52,770 bases of DNA, taken from a bacterium (GTDB lineage: Bacteria > Patescibacteriota > Microgenomatia > UBA1400 > PJMF01). The position numbers and the translations under genes are program-made. This document shows positions 10,054 to 20,248 of the stretch, piece by piece; within the stretch, counting starts at the first letter, position 1, and each line of letters begins with the position of its first letter. Under the pieces are notes generated by a model. The model was not told the DNA's origin, did not search any database, and saw only the letters and a program-made list of their open reading frames with translations. The stretch spans positions 1 to 52,770 of the forward strand of contig JAFRKQ010000031.1 of assembly GCA_017431625.1 (NCBI GenBank). The letters run 5' to 3'.

Positions 10054-10800
10054 TTAAGACGCCTCACTAGTGGCTGCTGGCGTCAAAATCGACATATAAC
10101 TTAGCGTCAGATCATCAATGTCCACACCCACCAAAATACCTAGCAATTCTCCGCGAGCATTAAAAACCGCCCCGCCCGAATCGCCCAAATTGGCCTCCAG
10201 ACGCACTGGCCAGACACTGATTTGCGGATAGCGGATATTACCCCAAGTCTCTTGCAGTGCCAGAGTGTGCAATCCCTTGATCACTCGTCCAGAGACAGGT
10301 TGGTCGTCGTCCAAATAGGCCAGCACGGCCTCGCCCGTGGCCACCCTTTGCGCTATCGGTAGCGCGGGTAATGTAGTGAGACTATTGATGTGGCCCCAAG
10401 CTAGATCATGAGCTAAATCGCTGCGTATCGGCAAAACTGGCCACAAGCCCAATTGCTCATGATAAAAAAACAGGTCTGGCCGACTCATCACGTGAGCCGC
10501 CGATACCACCGTCTGACCATCCAACATGACAGCACGACCCAAAATCCGCCAATGGCCATCAGCCAAAAGTGTTGATGCTGCGGCCGACTGGGCGTCATCA
10601 TCAGCCGCCACCACTATCCACCCCAAATATGATTGTTCCGACTCCGCCACAAAACTACTACCCGGAGTCCGCAACAGCCACTCTGGCAACTGCCCCGCAT
10701 CGTGAAGATGCGTTGCCAGCCACACCAAGCTCACTATCACCAACAACACCCCCAAAATCTGTCCGGTAAGCTGTAGGTAGCGACCTAAGTAGTTTGTCAT
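10054..10800 (-). CDS. Membrane-anchored trypsin-like serine protease
   Basis: SAAHV, HDLA, GDSGG catalytic-triad motifs; N-terminal TM helix. Confidence 0.85.
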   Translation of the reverse strand: MTNYLGRYLQLTGQILGVLLVIVSLVWLATHLHDAGQLPEWLLRTPGSSFVAESEQSYLGWIVVAADDDAQSAAASTLLADGHWRILGRAVMLDGQTVVSAAHVMSRPDLFFYHEQLGLWPVLPIRSDLAHDLAWGHINSLTTLPALPIAQRVATGEAVLAYLDDDQPVSGRVIKGLHTLALQETWGNIRYPQISVWPVRLEANLGDSGGAVFNARGELLGILVGVDIDDLTLSYMSILTPAATSEAS

Positions 10801-10807
10801 TACTCCT

Positions 10808-12088
10808 CTAAAAAAGCGTCAGCGCCCGCTCTAATATTTCGTCCGTTTCTGTTTCGTAATCTTGCTCCACCTCCACATCAGGCTCAATGCCTTCTTTATT
10901 CAGCCATTGCCCGCCAGGCAACATCCACTGGGCCACCGTGACATTGAGAGCCGCGTCATTGATTAAGTCAATGCGTTCTTGGATCAAGCCTTTGCCAAAA
11001 GTCTTTGTCCCAACAAGGGTGGTACGTTTATTATCGCGCAAAGCCCCGGCCACAATTTCCGAAGACGAAGCACTGCCACCATTGACCAGAGTGATTACTT
11101 TGGTCTTGGTCAAACGCCCCCCGCCACTGGCACGATAGTCATTACTGCGGGTTTTGCCTTTTTCGGTCACCACCACCCCATCATCAATAAACTCGCTGGC
11201 CACATGAATCGCCTCACTAAAATAGCCACCAGGATTATTACGCAAATCAAGAATCACTCCAGCCAGATTTTCCCGATTTACCAATTGATCCACGGCCAGA
11301 TTCCACTCAGTAAAGGTGCGCTCACTAAAGCGAGACAGCTTCAAGTGAGCTACTTGGCGGCCATCGGGCAAAGTCAAATATTCCAGTTTGACCGAATCCA
11401 CCTTGATTTCTTCACGAGTAATAGTGACCTCAAAAGGCTCACCATTGTTATAGTTTTCGCGGTAAATCATGATCGTGACCGTTGTGCCAATTTTGCCGCG
11501 CAAAACTTCTTGAGCGCGATTGAGCGTCCAGCCATAAGTGTCTTCATCAATACCAGCTTTTTCGTCTTTGACGTGAACAATGATGTCACCAGCCAGAAGG
11601 CCAGCGCGCTCTGCCGGTGTCCCATTCAAAGGCGCACCCACGCCGACCAGCGAGTCAATGTAACTCAACTCCACACCAATGCCGCCAAAACTCCCACTCA
11701 AGTCACCCTCGCTGATGGCATTACTCACTGGCGGAATGTACATGGTATAGGGATCACCCAATGAGGCCACCATGCCACCAATCGCCCCGTCTACCATTTG
11801 TTGGGCGTCCATTTCTTCCGACTTGTAGTAGCGACTTTCTAGTAATTCCCACACGCCCCAAAAAAGATTGAAGTCAACGGCTTTGTAGCGAGCCGGCTGC
11901 CCATCATAAGACAAAGTATAGACATCACGGTATTGCTTTTCCAAAAAAGGCACGTGCACACCAAAAAACGTACCCGTGCCCGCAAAATAATAACCGCCCA
12001 CGCCGCCAATAGCCAGCAACAAAATTGCGGTGATGATTTTTCCCAACAATTCTTTGCTTTTTATTGATCGATCCAGCGGCATATCCAT
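10808..12088 (-). CDS. ctpA: S41 family carboxyl-terminal processing protease
   Basis: LGDPYT, PDZ domain (GGIGVEL..PAERAGL..GD), LDLRNNPGG, SASSSEI, TFGKG, GIEPD. Confidence 0.92.
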   Translation of the reverse strand: MDMPLDRSIKSKELLGKIITAILLLAIGGVGGYYFAGTGTFFGVHVPFLEKQYRDVYTLSYDGQPARYKAVDFNLFWGVWELLESRYYKSEEMDAQQMVDGAIGGMVASLGDPYTMYIPPVSNAISEGDLSGSFGGIGVELSYIDSLVGVGAPLNGTPAERAGLLAGDIIVHVKDEKAGIDEDTYGWTLNRAQEVLRGKIGTTVTIMIYRENYNNGEPFEVTITREEIKVDSVKLEYLTLPDGRQVAHLKLSRFSERTFTEWNLAVDQLVNRENLAGVILDLRNNPGGYFSEAIHVASEFIDDGVVVTEKGKTRSNDYRASGGGRLTKTKVITLVNGGSASSSEIVAGALRDNKRTTLVGTKTFGKGLIQERIDLINDAALNVTVAQWMLPGGQWLNKEGIEPDVEVEQDYETETDEILERALTLF

Positions 12089-12133
12089 ATCTCTATTTTA
12101 CCAATCGACTGTCAAATCAACGTCAAAAAAAAC

Positions 12134-12373
12134 CTACGCGTTTTGCACAAATGGCAATAAAGCCAAATGGCGCGCGCGCTTGATCTCTATGGCCAGCTGA
12201 CGTTGCTGTTTTTGGGTCAAACCAGTTTTGACCCGAGGCATGATCATGCCCTGACCCGTGACGAAGTTTTTGAGCACCTCGACATTTTTGTAACTAAAAA
12301 CATATTTGTGATCAATTGCTGATTTAGCAGCTTTGGTCACTTTTGGAGTTAAATCTCTTTTGGCTTTTCTCAT
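12134..12373 (-). CDS. rpsR: 30S ribosomal protein S18
   Basis: [18 protein letters not shown]...[20 protein letters not shown]. Confidence 0.97.
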   Translation of the reverse strand: MRKAKRDLTPKVTKAAKSAIDHKYVFSYKNVEVLKNFVTGQGMIMPRVKTGLTQKQQRQLAIEIKRARHLALLPFVQNA

Positions 12374-12413
12374 AAATTCTTTCTAAATTGGCCCTCATGG
12401 CCTCAAAAACGGT

Positions 12414-12884
12414 TTAAAAAGGGATATCGCTTTCATCGTCTGTCGGCAAATCTTCAGCCGGTTCTTGCCCCTCTGACGACTCCTCAGTGGGATTCTCACT
12501 ATTGGGCAAAGGTGGCACTTCATTGTTACTCGCGCCAGCATCTCCTTGACGAGACGAAAGAATAATCATATTCTCCACCACGATCTCTGTTGTTTTACGC
12601 TTGACACCGTCATTTCCTTGCCAGTCGCGTGTTTGTAGACGTCCCTCGGCGTAAATTTTGGTGCCTTTATGCAAAAAACTCTGACAAATGCCAGCTAACT
12701 TTGACCAGACGACCAGACTGTGATACTCAACACTGCTTTGTTTTTCGCCATTGCCATTGGCCCATTCCCTATTGGTCGCCAAACCAAAAGAACACACTTG
12801 AGTACCGCTAGGAGTATAACGACACTCAGGGTCGCGGGTGAGATTACCAATTAACTGCACTTTATTCAAAGATCTTACCGACAT
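12414..12884 (-). CDS. ssb: Single-stranded DNA-binding protein
   Basis: LNKVQLIGNLTRDPE, EGRLQTR, C-terminal DIPF; lies between rpsF and rpsR. Confidence 0.97.
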   Translation of the reverse strand: MSVRSLNKVQLIGNLTRDPECRYTPSGTQVCSFGLATNREWANGNGEKQSSVEYHSLVVWSKLAGICQSFLHKGTKIYAEGRLQTRDWQGNDGVKRKTTEIVVENMIILSSRQGDAGASNNEVPPLPNSENPTEESSEGQEPAEDLPTDDESDIPF

Positions 12885-12957
12885 GATTTTTTCCCTTTTT
12901 ACCGATTCTTTTTCTGACTATAAATTATAAATTACCTAATTTACAAAATTTTTATTG

Positions 12958-13314
12958 TTATTTGGCTGACGATTCTTCCATATTTGCCGCTTGTGGCGCC
13001 ACTTCCACCAGCAGACTGCGGATAACCTCGCGCTTAAGCTCAATACTACGGATCAAGTCACGCGCTTTTGAAGCCGGCATTTTGACAATCAAATGCGTGT
13101 AAAGTGCCTCATTGTAGCGTTTGCCATCTTTTTTGATCACATAGGCAAGCTCTTTTTTACCCCAGTCCACGGTCTCCACGATCTCACCTTCATGACGACC
13201 TACCAAGGAGACAATTTCATCCTTGAGCGAATTAACCTCAGCCGTAGTGTAGGCGGGACCAAGCAAATAAGTAATCTCATACTGACGGATTTCATCTTGC
13301 TTTTGTACCAGCAT
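12958..13314 (-). CDS. rpsF: 30S ribosomal protein S6
   Basis: RQYEITYLL, WGKKELAYVIKK, VIRSLLV; SD GAGG before ATG 13314; rpsF-ssb-rpsR synteny. Confidence 0.93.
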   Translation of the reverse strand: MLVQKQDEIRQYEITYLLGPAYTTAEVNSLKDEIVSLVGRHEGEIVETVDWGKKELAYVIKKDGKRYNEALYTHLIVKMPASKARDLIRSIELKREVIRSLLVEVAPQAANMEESSAK

Positions 13315-13431
13315 TTTTCCTCTCTCGAGAGCCAAACTCTCTACTTACTATTACTCTGCCAGTTCGTTTCTCTGGACCCGGCCAACGCCGAGCGAACAAG
13401 CTGACACTATTATACCACACAATTGACCAAA

Positions 13432-13462
13432 AACCCCGGCCAATTTGACCGGGGTTGATTTT
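13432..13462. terminator. Intrinsic terminator
   Basis: AACCCCGG-ccaatttga-CCGGGGTT hairpin with T tract downstream of the 517-aa gene. Confidence 0.7.
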
Positions 13463-13475
13463 TCAGGCTCTTTTT

Positions 13476-15029
13476 TTAAAGAGAAGCGGTGATGGTGTAG
13501 GTAATTTCGTTATCATACACACCAGCATTGTTTTGCGCATCGACCACTAAGCGGTAACAAAAGTCATAGTAGTCACCCTCGGCAATGAGGTCACTGGAGG
13601 CGGCCACCGGTGGCTCATTATCAGAGGTAGAAGGAATCAGACCGACAATACCCGTACGATCGCGAGTAGCGAGACGAGAATACTTGTTACCTTCAAAGAT
13701 AGAATTGACTGTAGGCTTATTCTTGATACCGCTTTCTTGTTGGCCAGTATAGCGATTGACGGCTACCGTATAACCAAGACCGGTTTGGTTGCCATCAGCC
13801 CAGGCAGCTGAGGTATAAGGGGTGACATTGGGCCAACCAAAATTGGGAATACAATCACGGTTAATAGTGGTGTTGTTAATCAAGCCTGCGTCCGCATAGC
13901 AAGTGCTATTGTAGTCATTAGTATTACTAATATCATTAAGCGTGTCCTCACGGCGCATATTGCGATTCTGTGTCACGGTCACTTTGTAGCCATGGGCCAC
14001 CGAGGAGCTGACGAAAAGTCGTTGATTGGCATCTACTGGCACACCAACTGTTGCGGCACCGTAATCAATCTTCAAAGGCGTTGTAGAGACTGTAGGTTTA
14101 TTGGCGCATTTGCTCTCAGGATCACCGGCCTCGACACCATCAATGCGGAACATTAGCTGGTATTCTACCTTAGCCTTCACCAACACGTCCTGCATGATCG
14201 TACTGATCAAAACGTCAATGTCACTCAACATATTGGCAGACATGGGATTGGTGCCATCGAACATCTGAATCTTACCAGGAATAGTGATCGCCTCATTAAG
14301 GCTGGCATTGATTTGAGCGGCTGGATTAATGAGATCCTTGATGACAATATTGTAACTGCTGTCATCATTATTTTGAGCATACTCTCCACCACGATTGGGA
14401 GTCCCCGTGTAGGTACACGTGTAAGCGAGGTAACGAATATATTTGCCCGCTTGACCATCAGGAGTCGTGTTATCCAAACTGCTTGCCAGATAGCGATCAT
14501 TTTCCACGTCATAAAGAACCACCGTCGGGTGACCATCATTGGCAGCCGTAAAGGCGGCCGTGCCATTGCTAGCCGTCGGGCAAGTGAAGGTTGATGAATT
14601 CACGCCATTCTTGACAGTAAAGACTTTTTCGTTCGCCCGACCATTGCTCGCGCTCGCTGACTCCGTCGCCGTCGCTACCAAAACACGGATCGAACCATTG
14701 GCCACCGCCGTCTCAATCGGGAAACCAACCGTCAAGTCAGTCGTCACCAAATTGGTACGATCATACTCGTCAGTCATCACGTTGTAAGTAGTCGAGATCG
14801 CCGTCGAGCCAGTGGTCGCCGAACCCGTAGCCGCTATCGAAGCACCGTTATTAGCAGTTGACGTCGGGCCAGTCGCCTGGATGCCATTCGTATTTGGCAA
14901 ACCGGTATTATTTTGCGCCCAAATTGGATGTGCACTTACCGCCGTCACGAGTGACAAGACAGCAATGGCGCCCAGCACGGACATTTTTTGCTTTGTCATT
15001 GTTTCTTTCATCTTCTTTCTCATTCCCAT
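13476..15029 (-). CDS. Secreted beta-rich surface protein
   Basis: Signal peptide, T/N/S-rich body, C-terminal AGVYDNEITYTITAS strand; exact start uncertain. Confidence 0.8.
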   Translation of the reverse strand: MGMRKKMKETMTKQKMSVLGAIAVLSLVTAVSAHPIWAQNNTGLPNTNGIQATGPTSTANNGASIAATGSATTGSTAISTTYNVMTDEYDRTNLVTTDLTVGFPIETAVANGSIRVLVATATESASASNGRANEKVFTVKNGVNSSTFTCPTASNGTAAFTAANDGHPTVVLYDVENDRYLASSLDNTTPDGQAGKYIRYLAYTCTYTGTPNRGGEYAQNNDDSSYNIVIKDLINPAAQINASLNEAITIPGKIQMFDGTNPMSANMLSDIDVLISTIMQDVLVKAKVEYQLMFRIDGVEAGDPESKCANKPTVSTTPLKIDYGAATVGVPVDANQRLFVSSSVAHGYKVTVTQNRNMRREDTLNDISNTNDYNSTCYADAGLINNTTINRDCIPNFGWPNVTPYTSAAWADGNQTGLGYTVAVNRYTGQQESGIKNKPTVNSIFEGNKYSRLATRDRTGIVGLIPSTSDNEPPVAASSDLIAEGDYYDFCYRLVVDAQNNAGVYDNEITYTITASL

Positions 15030-15042
15030 TCATTTGACTAAC

Positions 15043-16092
15043 TTATACGCGCGCTCGCACCAAGCCGATCAAATCTTTGATCTGAGCTTGACTCAAGCGG
15101 CCATCATCACGCAAGGTAATCTCGCGCAACAACTCGCCAGATTCCAAATAAGGATTCTCAATCATTTTTTGGATCTTGACTTCTTCTCTTTTTTGCACGC
15201 GGTCAATCAAGCGCTGACGTTGTGCTGTTGCCAGCCGACCATCAGAGCGGGCGGCCACGATATTAAGCAATTCTCTGGTATCCATGTACTGACTATCCAC
15301 GTAAGCACGCACAATTTCTTCTTCGCGTTGTTGTACCGCCCCAATCAGATCTTTACGCTGACTCTCAGACAACTCGCCGGTGGCAATTTTATCCAAAAGT
15401 TGTGAAGCTGACACCAAGCGATTGTCAATCATCTCGCGGATTTTGACTTCTTCACGATTTTGCAAAATTTCAATCAATTCTTTTTGCTGGCCAGGAGTAA
15501 TTTCGGCCATTGAGATCTGTCCCAAAAGATCAGGTGCTTGAGTGTTGGGGTTGGCGATCATTTTCTTGAGCTTTTCGTACTCGCGCTTTTGGACTTCACC
15601 TACCAAGGTGGCGATCTGATCAGGAGTCAAGCGACCATCAAAGCGCGCCCCAATTTGACGCAAAAGTTCACGCGAGGATAAGTACTCATTGGCAATCATC
15701 TTGCGCAACTTTTCCTCTTCTACCTTTTGCTCTTCAGTGGTGCGGAAAACATCTTTTTTGGGCTTACCTACAAAACTAGCTTGATCCCGTTTTTGATTGA
15801 TACCCATACCAAAATCTTTTTGCTTGGGCACAAAGTCCTGGTTGGGTTTACTCTCGGGCATCATGGGCGCTTGAGGACGTGGCACCACTTGTGTTGTCTG
15901 AGCGCTCTCGCGAGCGGACTCACTGCGAGCTGGGCGAGCACTGACTGGGGATTGGCTGGGACGAGCCGAGTTGTTAAATTGAGGTGGAGCCATCGGAGGC
16001 AAGAGATCATCACCTGCTCCGACAGGTCGACCCTGCATTGCTCCGGTGAAACTATTTGCTTTGAAATCATCAGCCATATATACTTTCTTCAA
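15043..16092 (-). CDS. Hypothetical protein with five 43-47-aa helical tandem repeats
   Basis: Disordered P/Q-rich N-terminus, then repeats EEEKxRKMIxNxYLxSxELLxxI..(DG)RL..Q..L...VQKR. Confidence 0.85.
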   Translation of the reverse strand: MKKVYMADDFKANSFTGAMQGRPVGAGDDLLPPMAPPQFNNSARPSQSPVSARPARSESARESAQTTQVVPRPQAPMMPESKPNQDFVPKQKDFGMGINQKRDQASFVGKPKKDVFRTTEEQKVEEEKLRKMIANEYLSSRELLRQIGARFDGRLTPDQIATLVGEVQKREYEKLKKMIANPNTQAPDLLGQISMAEITPGQQKELIEILQNREEVKIREMIDNRLVSASQLLDKIATGELSESQRKDLIGAVQQREEEIVRAYVDSQYMDTRELLNIVAARSDGRLATAQRQRLIDRVQKREEVKIQKMIENPYLESGELLREITLRDDGRLSQAQIKDLIGLVRARV

Positions 16093-16228
16093 TTTTACAT
16101 TAATTTTCTCTCATTATACACCCGCAAAATAAATTTTGCAAGTATCCGCATTGTAAACTATTATCTGCCAAAATGCAAGCGGCAATTTTTCTCCAGCTTT
16201 TACCTCTAGCGTGTGGTATAATACCCAC

Positions 16229-17329
16229 ATGTCACTCTCAATTGGAATTGTTGGTCTACCAAATGTGGGCAAATCCACCCTCTTTAACGCTTTGCTCAAA
16301 AGTGAACAAGCCCTTGCCGCCAATTATCCTTTTGCCACCATCGAACCCAATGTCGGCATCGCCGCCGTCCCCGATGAACGCCTGGCCGCTCTCGCTCCCA
16401 TTGTCCACACCACCACCATCAAACCCGCCACTATTGAATTTGTCGATATTGCTGGGCTTGTCAAAGGTGCCAGTCAAGGTGAAGGCCTCGGCAATAAATT
16501 CCTCTCTCATATCAAGGCCACCAGCGCCATCGCTCACGTTTTGCGCGTTTTTACTGACCCAGACATTATTCGCGACACCCCAGTCGATCCCTTAGCTGAT
16601 CTCGCTACTGTTCGCACCGAGCTCCAGCTGGCCGACCTCGAAATCTTAAGCCGTCAGACGCCACCCAAAGGAAGCGTCAGTCCCGCGGCCACACAACGTT
16701 TTGATTTGATCCAAAAATTCACTGCTACCCTCAATGAGGGCCACAATCTGAGCGACCGCATCAAGACTTTAAGCGACGACGAGCAGACGCTGGCCCGTCA
16801 AATCGCTACCGAGCTCAATCTGCTCACCCACAAAAGTGAACTTTTTGTCCTCAATGTTGATGAAAATGATCTGTCTCAAGCTGCTAACATTACTACCGAC
16901 TGGAGCCAAAAGTTACATGTTCCTGCCAAACAAATCATCGTCGTTTCCGCCAAAGTCGAGGCAGAGCTGGCGAGCCTGAGCGAACAGGAGGCTCGCGACT
17001 ATCTCCAGACACTGGGTCTGAGTGAATCAGGTCTTGATCGCCTCGCTCGTGCCGCTTATCAGACACTCCAGCTTCAATCCTTCTTGACTGCCGGCGAGCT
17101 CGAGGTCAAAGCGTGGACGATCCCTCAAGGGACCACCGCCGTCAATGCCGCTGGAGTCATTCACACTGATTTTATCAAGACTTTCATTAAGGCAAAGGTA
17201 GTCACCTTTGTGGACTTTGTCGCTTTAGGCGGCTGGAAAGCTGCCGCCGACGCGGGCAAAGTCCGCCTCGAGGGTCGCGACTATGTCATGCAGCCCGATG
17301 ACATTGTGGAGTTTGTTTTGGGCAAATAA
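16229..17329 (+). CDS. ychF: Redox-regulated ATPase YchF (Obg family)
   Basis: GIVGLPNVGKSTLFNAL, ANYPFATIEPN, DIAGLVKGAS, IHTDF, RLEGRDYVMQ. Confidence 0.97.
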   Translation: MSLSIGIVGLPNVGKSTLFNALLKSEQALAANYPFATIEPNVGIAAVPDERLAALAPIVHTTTIKPATIEFVDIAGLVKGASQGEGLGNKFLSHIKATSAIAHVLRVFTDPDIIRDTPVDPLADLATVRTELQLADLEILSRQTPPKGSVSPAATQRFDLIQKFTATLNEGHNLSDRIKTLSDDEQTLARQIATELNLLTHKSELFVLNVDENDLSQAANITTDWSQKLHVPAKQIIVVSAKVEAELASLSEQEARDYLQTLGLSESGLDRLARAAYQTLQLQSFLTAGELEVKAWTIPQGTTAVNAAGVIHTDFIKTFIKAKVVTFVDFVALGGWKAAADAGKVRLEGRDYVMQPDDIVEFVLGK

Positions 17330-17395
17330 TTTTGTGGTTTTGTCACGCGGCTGTAAATTTCTGTACTTTGTTTGTCACCAAAAACCAGGCGTTTT

Positions 17396-17437
17396 TGTTA
17401 AACGTTTGTTAAACAAATGTTAAACAGCTGTTTAACA
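17396..17437. repeat. 11-bp-phased TGTTWAACA array (4 units)
   Basis: Units at 17396, 17407, 17418, 17429; left flank matches the reverse complement of 25785-25842. Confidence 0.85.
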
Positions 17438-17445
17438 AGGCATAT

Positions 17446-17512
17446 TCTTTGCCCGCGCTCCAAGAGCGCGGGCAAAGACGAAACGAAATAAGAAACTTAC
17501 TAGACTACAAAC
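17446..17512 (-). terminator. Conserved cassette 3' trailer and 15-bp GC hairpin (copy B)
   Basis: Same stem sequence as copy A (TCTTTGCCCGCGCTC/GAGCGCGGGCAAAGA) preceded by TTATTTCGTTTCG. Confidence 0.8.
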
Positions 17513-18643
17513 TTAAATCCCCAAATAAACTGATAGTTGGGTAATCCGGGCAGCCCCATTACCAATTTTGGCACAATCAGCTATTGGAGTTTCGCTAGCA
17601 CAAGTGTTGGAAAATGTTAAAGTGGCACTACCAGTTGATTCTAGGCAATCATAACAGGTCATATGTTTGGAAAAATTCACAAGACTCAACAAGGCGGAAT
17701 TGCCTATATAACCAGAGCCGCCGCCACATGCACCTGACCAAGATGTGCCTCCGCCACCATACCAACCGCCGCCACCTCCGCAGCCGTAATCGCCGATGCT
17801 CTGAGAATATGCACCCCCTCCAAGTCCAAAGTCAGCCGCTGGATTATTGATCATTGTGTATGAACTATTACCAGATTTATTAGTTCCAGCGCTGGTCTGC
17901 GTGCCACCACTAGTACCAACACTAGCATTACTGTATTCATTTTTATGATAGCTGCTGCCAGCTGTACCTTGAACACCACCACCATTACCAGCATCGCCAC
18001 CCCACTCAATACCACCGCCACCACCGGCAACAATTAGAACCTCAGATTGATAGTTTTCATAATTGGCTAAGACTCCCCGACTGGTAACCGCAATATGAGT
18101 CGCCCCGCCTCCATTGGCAATAGCAGTTGTACTACTACCTCTACCGGCACCATTGCCCCCACCATTGTAACCATATGAATAATTACTAGTGCTAGTACGA
18201 CTGCCACCCACTTGGAGATATAGTTTCTCAGAAGACAGCAAGTTAGTCACTCCAATACCATAGCCACCCTTGCCACCACAATTGGTAGTTGTCGGTTTCA
18301 TCCAACCCATGCCATATCCCTGCGCACCCCAAACTTCCAATACATAATACCCGTCCGCTGGCGCCGTAAAAGTCTGCACATTGCCAGTGTAAGCAAAATC
18401 TGTAGTCTGGACCACACACCCCTTGTAAAAACTGGAGTAAGTACTCCCCTGTGGGCACAGACTGGTAGCCACCAATTGATTGCTAGCGGTTTTGACAAAA
18501 CTAACCCCACCAATTTTAACTACTTGACCGGTGGTGAGCTCATTGAGTTTTTTGGTCTTATTGCCAGTGGCGGCGTTAATTGATTGCCCTACCATGAGGA
18601 GAAAAATTGCCGCCAAAATGATCTGCCCACCACGTCTGGACAT
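17513..18643 (-). CDS. Secreted glycine-rich domain protein (cassette B)
   Basis: Paralog of 5642..6757: AATGNKT..FVK..NQ module, LEVWGAQG, GGGATHIA, KHMTC..C.EST.SATLT.SNTCA.E.P.ADCAKIG.GAARIT; SD GAAAGG before ATG 18643. Confidence 0.9.
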   Translation of the reverse strand: MSRRGGQIILAAIFLLMVGQSINAATGNKTKKLNELTTGQVVKIGGVSFVKTASNQLVATSLCPQGSTYSSFYKGCVVQTTDFAYTGNVQTFTAPADGYYVLEVWGAQGYGMGWMKPTTTNCGGKGGYGIGVTNLLSSEKLYLQVGGSRTSTSNYSYGYNGGGNGAGRGSSTTAIANGGGATHIAVTSRGVLANYENYQSEVLIVAGGGGGIEWGGDAGNGGGVQGTAGSSYHKNEYSNASVGTSGGTQTSAGTNKSGNSSYTMINNPAADFGLGGGAYSQSIGDYGCGGGGGWYGGGGTSWSGACGGGSGYIGNSALLSLVNFSKHMTCYDCLESTGSATLTFSNTCASETPIADCAKIGNGAARITQLSVYLGI

Positions 18644-18823
18644 ATTGCCTTTCGTTTTGTTTGTCTGTCTGCGGGCTTTTTCTCGATCCACGAGAGCGTC
18701 CCCGGCTTCACGCTGAGTCTAAGGGGAAACAGTAATGAAATTATACGAGAACACTCTCACCAGCATTACTGTACCACATTGTACTGCATTTCCCAGGCAG
18801 CGCTGTAAGTCCCCTTAGACTCA
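18644..18823 (-). ncRNA. Putative structured 5' leader RNA of cassette B (~180 nt)
   Basis: Perfect 14-bp inverted repeat 18714-18727 / 18810-18823 starting 6 nt after TATAAT (18830-18835); nested stem 18729-18737 / 18764-18772. Confidence 0.6.
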
Positions 18824-18863
18824 CTGATAATTATACCACAAGAAAGTCTTTATCAGCGAGCAG

Positions 18864-18979
18864 TTTTACCGCAATTTTTGCGTGAATAATTGACGGTTGT
18901 TTGTACGCCTTTTGTACGCACAAGATAAAATAACAGCCATACACCAAAATATTTTTGTACGCCTTTGAGGCTCACAAAA
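18864..18979. repeat. Dispersed repeat family 2, full 116-bp copy
   Basis: Ungapped homolog of 7093-7208. Confidence 0.85.
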
Positions 18980-19023
18980 ATATTATCCTCACACACCAAG
19001 ATTTTTTAGCAATATGTCTAGTA

Positions 19024-19629
19024 TCACAGCGCTCGCCGTCCTTCGAGTGCGCGCGCCAGGGTGAGACCATCAGCATACTCGATGTCCGCCCCAATAGGAA
19101 GCCCGTGACCGATGCGCGTGATTTTGATTTTCTCAGCCCAACCGCGCTTTTGCAATAACTCCTGGATATAAAGAGCGGTGGCCTCACCTTCCATCGTCAG
19201 ATTGGTGGCCAAAATCAGCTCCTCCACCCCCTCCAGGCGACCAAGCAAGTCATGAAGATAAAGTTCGTCCGGCCCAATGTGATTGAGCGGGTCGATACAG
19301 CCGTGCAAAACGTGATAAAGCCCGTGATACTTATCCGAGCGCTCCAGCGCCAGCAGATCTAGTGGTTGTTCCACCACGCACATGAGGGTACGGTCGCGAT
19401 TTTTGTCAGCACAAATATCGCACGGATCCGTCTCGGCGATCTGGTGACACTGGCCGCACAAACAGGTTTCTTTTTTCAGAGCCAAAAGCCGAGCCGCAAA
19501 GTCCTCCAACTCACTTTGAGGATTGTGTAGCAGATAAAAGACCAGTCTTTGGGCGCTGCGCGGACCAATGCCAGGTAAAGCCTCAAATTTTTCCGCCAGT
19601 CTAGTGATGACTTTAGGTAGACGCTGCAT
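19024..19629 (-). CDS. recR: Recombination mediator RecR
   Basis: LPGIGPRSAQRL, C4 zinc finger, YHVLHG, ELILATN, TRIGHGLPIG. Confidence 0.97.
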   Translation of the reverse strand: MQRLPKVITRLAEKFEALPGIGPRSAQRLVFYLLHNPQSELEDFAARLLALKKETCLCGQCHQIAETDPCDICADKNRDRTLMCVVEQPLDLLALERSDKYHGLYHVLHGCIDPLNHIGPDELYLHDLLGRLEGVEELILATNLTMEGEATALYIQELLQKRGWAEKIKITRIGHGLPIGADIEYADGLTLARALEGRRAL

Positions 19630-20248
19630 GGCTGTCCCATTCTTCTAGCAGTTTGACAATTTGCGCCGCGATGTGAGCAATTGGCTTGGTAGCATCAATT
19701 TTTTTGATCCGGCCAGTGGTATCTTCCTCATAAAGCTGTAGATAGCCGCGCCGGACTTTCTGGAAAAAAGAGTTTTTTTGCAACTCGATTAAATCGGGCT
19801 CCTCACCCTCACGCCGGAGTTTGCCAATTTTTACTGGTACATCAAGCAGAAATGTAATATCTGGTATTGTCTGGCGCGTGGAGACATCATTGAGCCGCTC
19901 GATCATCTCTCGTCCCATGCCCCCAGCAATGCCCTGATAAACAACACTGCTATCGCGCGAGCGGTCCATGATCACACTCGTGCCCCGCTCCAAAGCGGGC
20001 AAGACCACCTCACGGTAAATCTGCGCTCTGGCCGCCTGGAAAAGCAAGACTTGGGTGAGCTCATCCATACCTTTATTTTGGGGATCGAGCAAAATTTGGC
20101 GGATCTGCTCGGCAATGTAAGTACCACCTGGCTCACGCGTCAAAAGCACCTGCTCGCCACGTTTTTGCAAGTAATCTCGCAAAAGCTGCACTTGGGTGGT
20201 TTTACCTGCCCCATCTATACCCTCAAAAGAAATTAGTCGTCCACGCAT
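19613..20248 (-). CDS. tmk: Thymidylate kinase
   Basis: FEGIDGAGKTTQ, TREPGGT, MDR, YQG. Confidence 0.96.
   Translation of the reverse strand: MRGRLISFEGIDGAGKTTQVQLLRDYLQKRGEQVLLTREPGGTYIAEQIRQILLDPQNKGMDELTQVLLFQAARAQIYREVVLPALERGTSVIMDRSRDSSVVYQGIAGGMGREMIERLNDVSTRQTIPDITFLLDVPVKIGKLRREGEEPDLIELQKNSFFQKVRRGYLQLYEEDTTGRIKKIDATKPIAHIAAQIVKLLEEWDSHAAST

Noticed and set aside
5642-18643. DGR TR/VR pair between the two Gly-rich genes
   Set aside because: Differences between their 3' ends involve all bases and many synonymous positions rather than adenine-only changes, and there is no reverse transcriptase in the window.
18644-18823. Known riboswitch (cobalamin, TPP, lysine) or retron msr-msd in the cassette leaders
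   Set aside because: Only fragments such as GGGAA or CTGAGA match and the remaining conserved cores are missing; there is no adjacent RT. An Rfam search is still needed.
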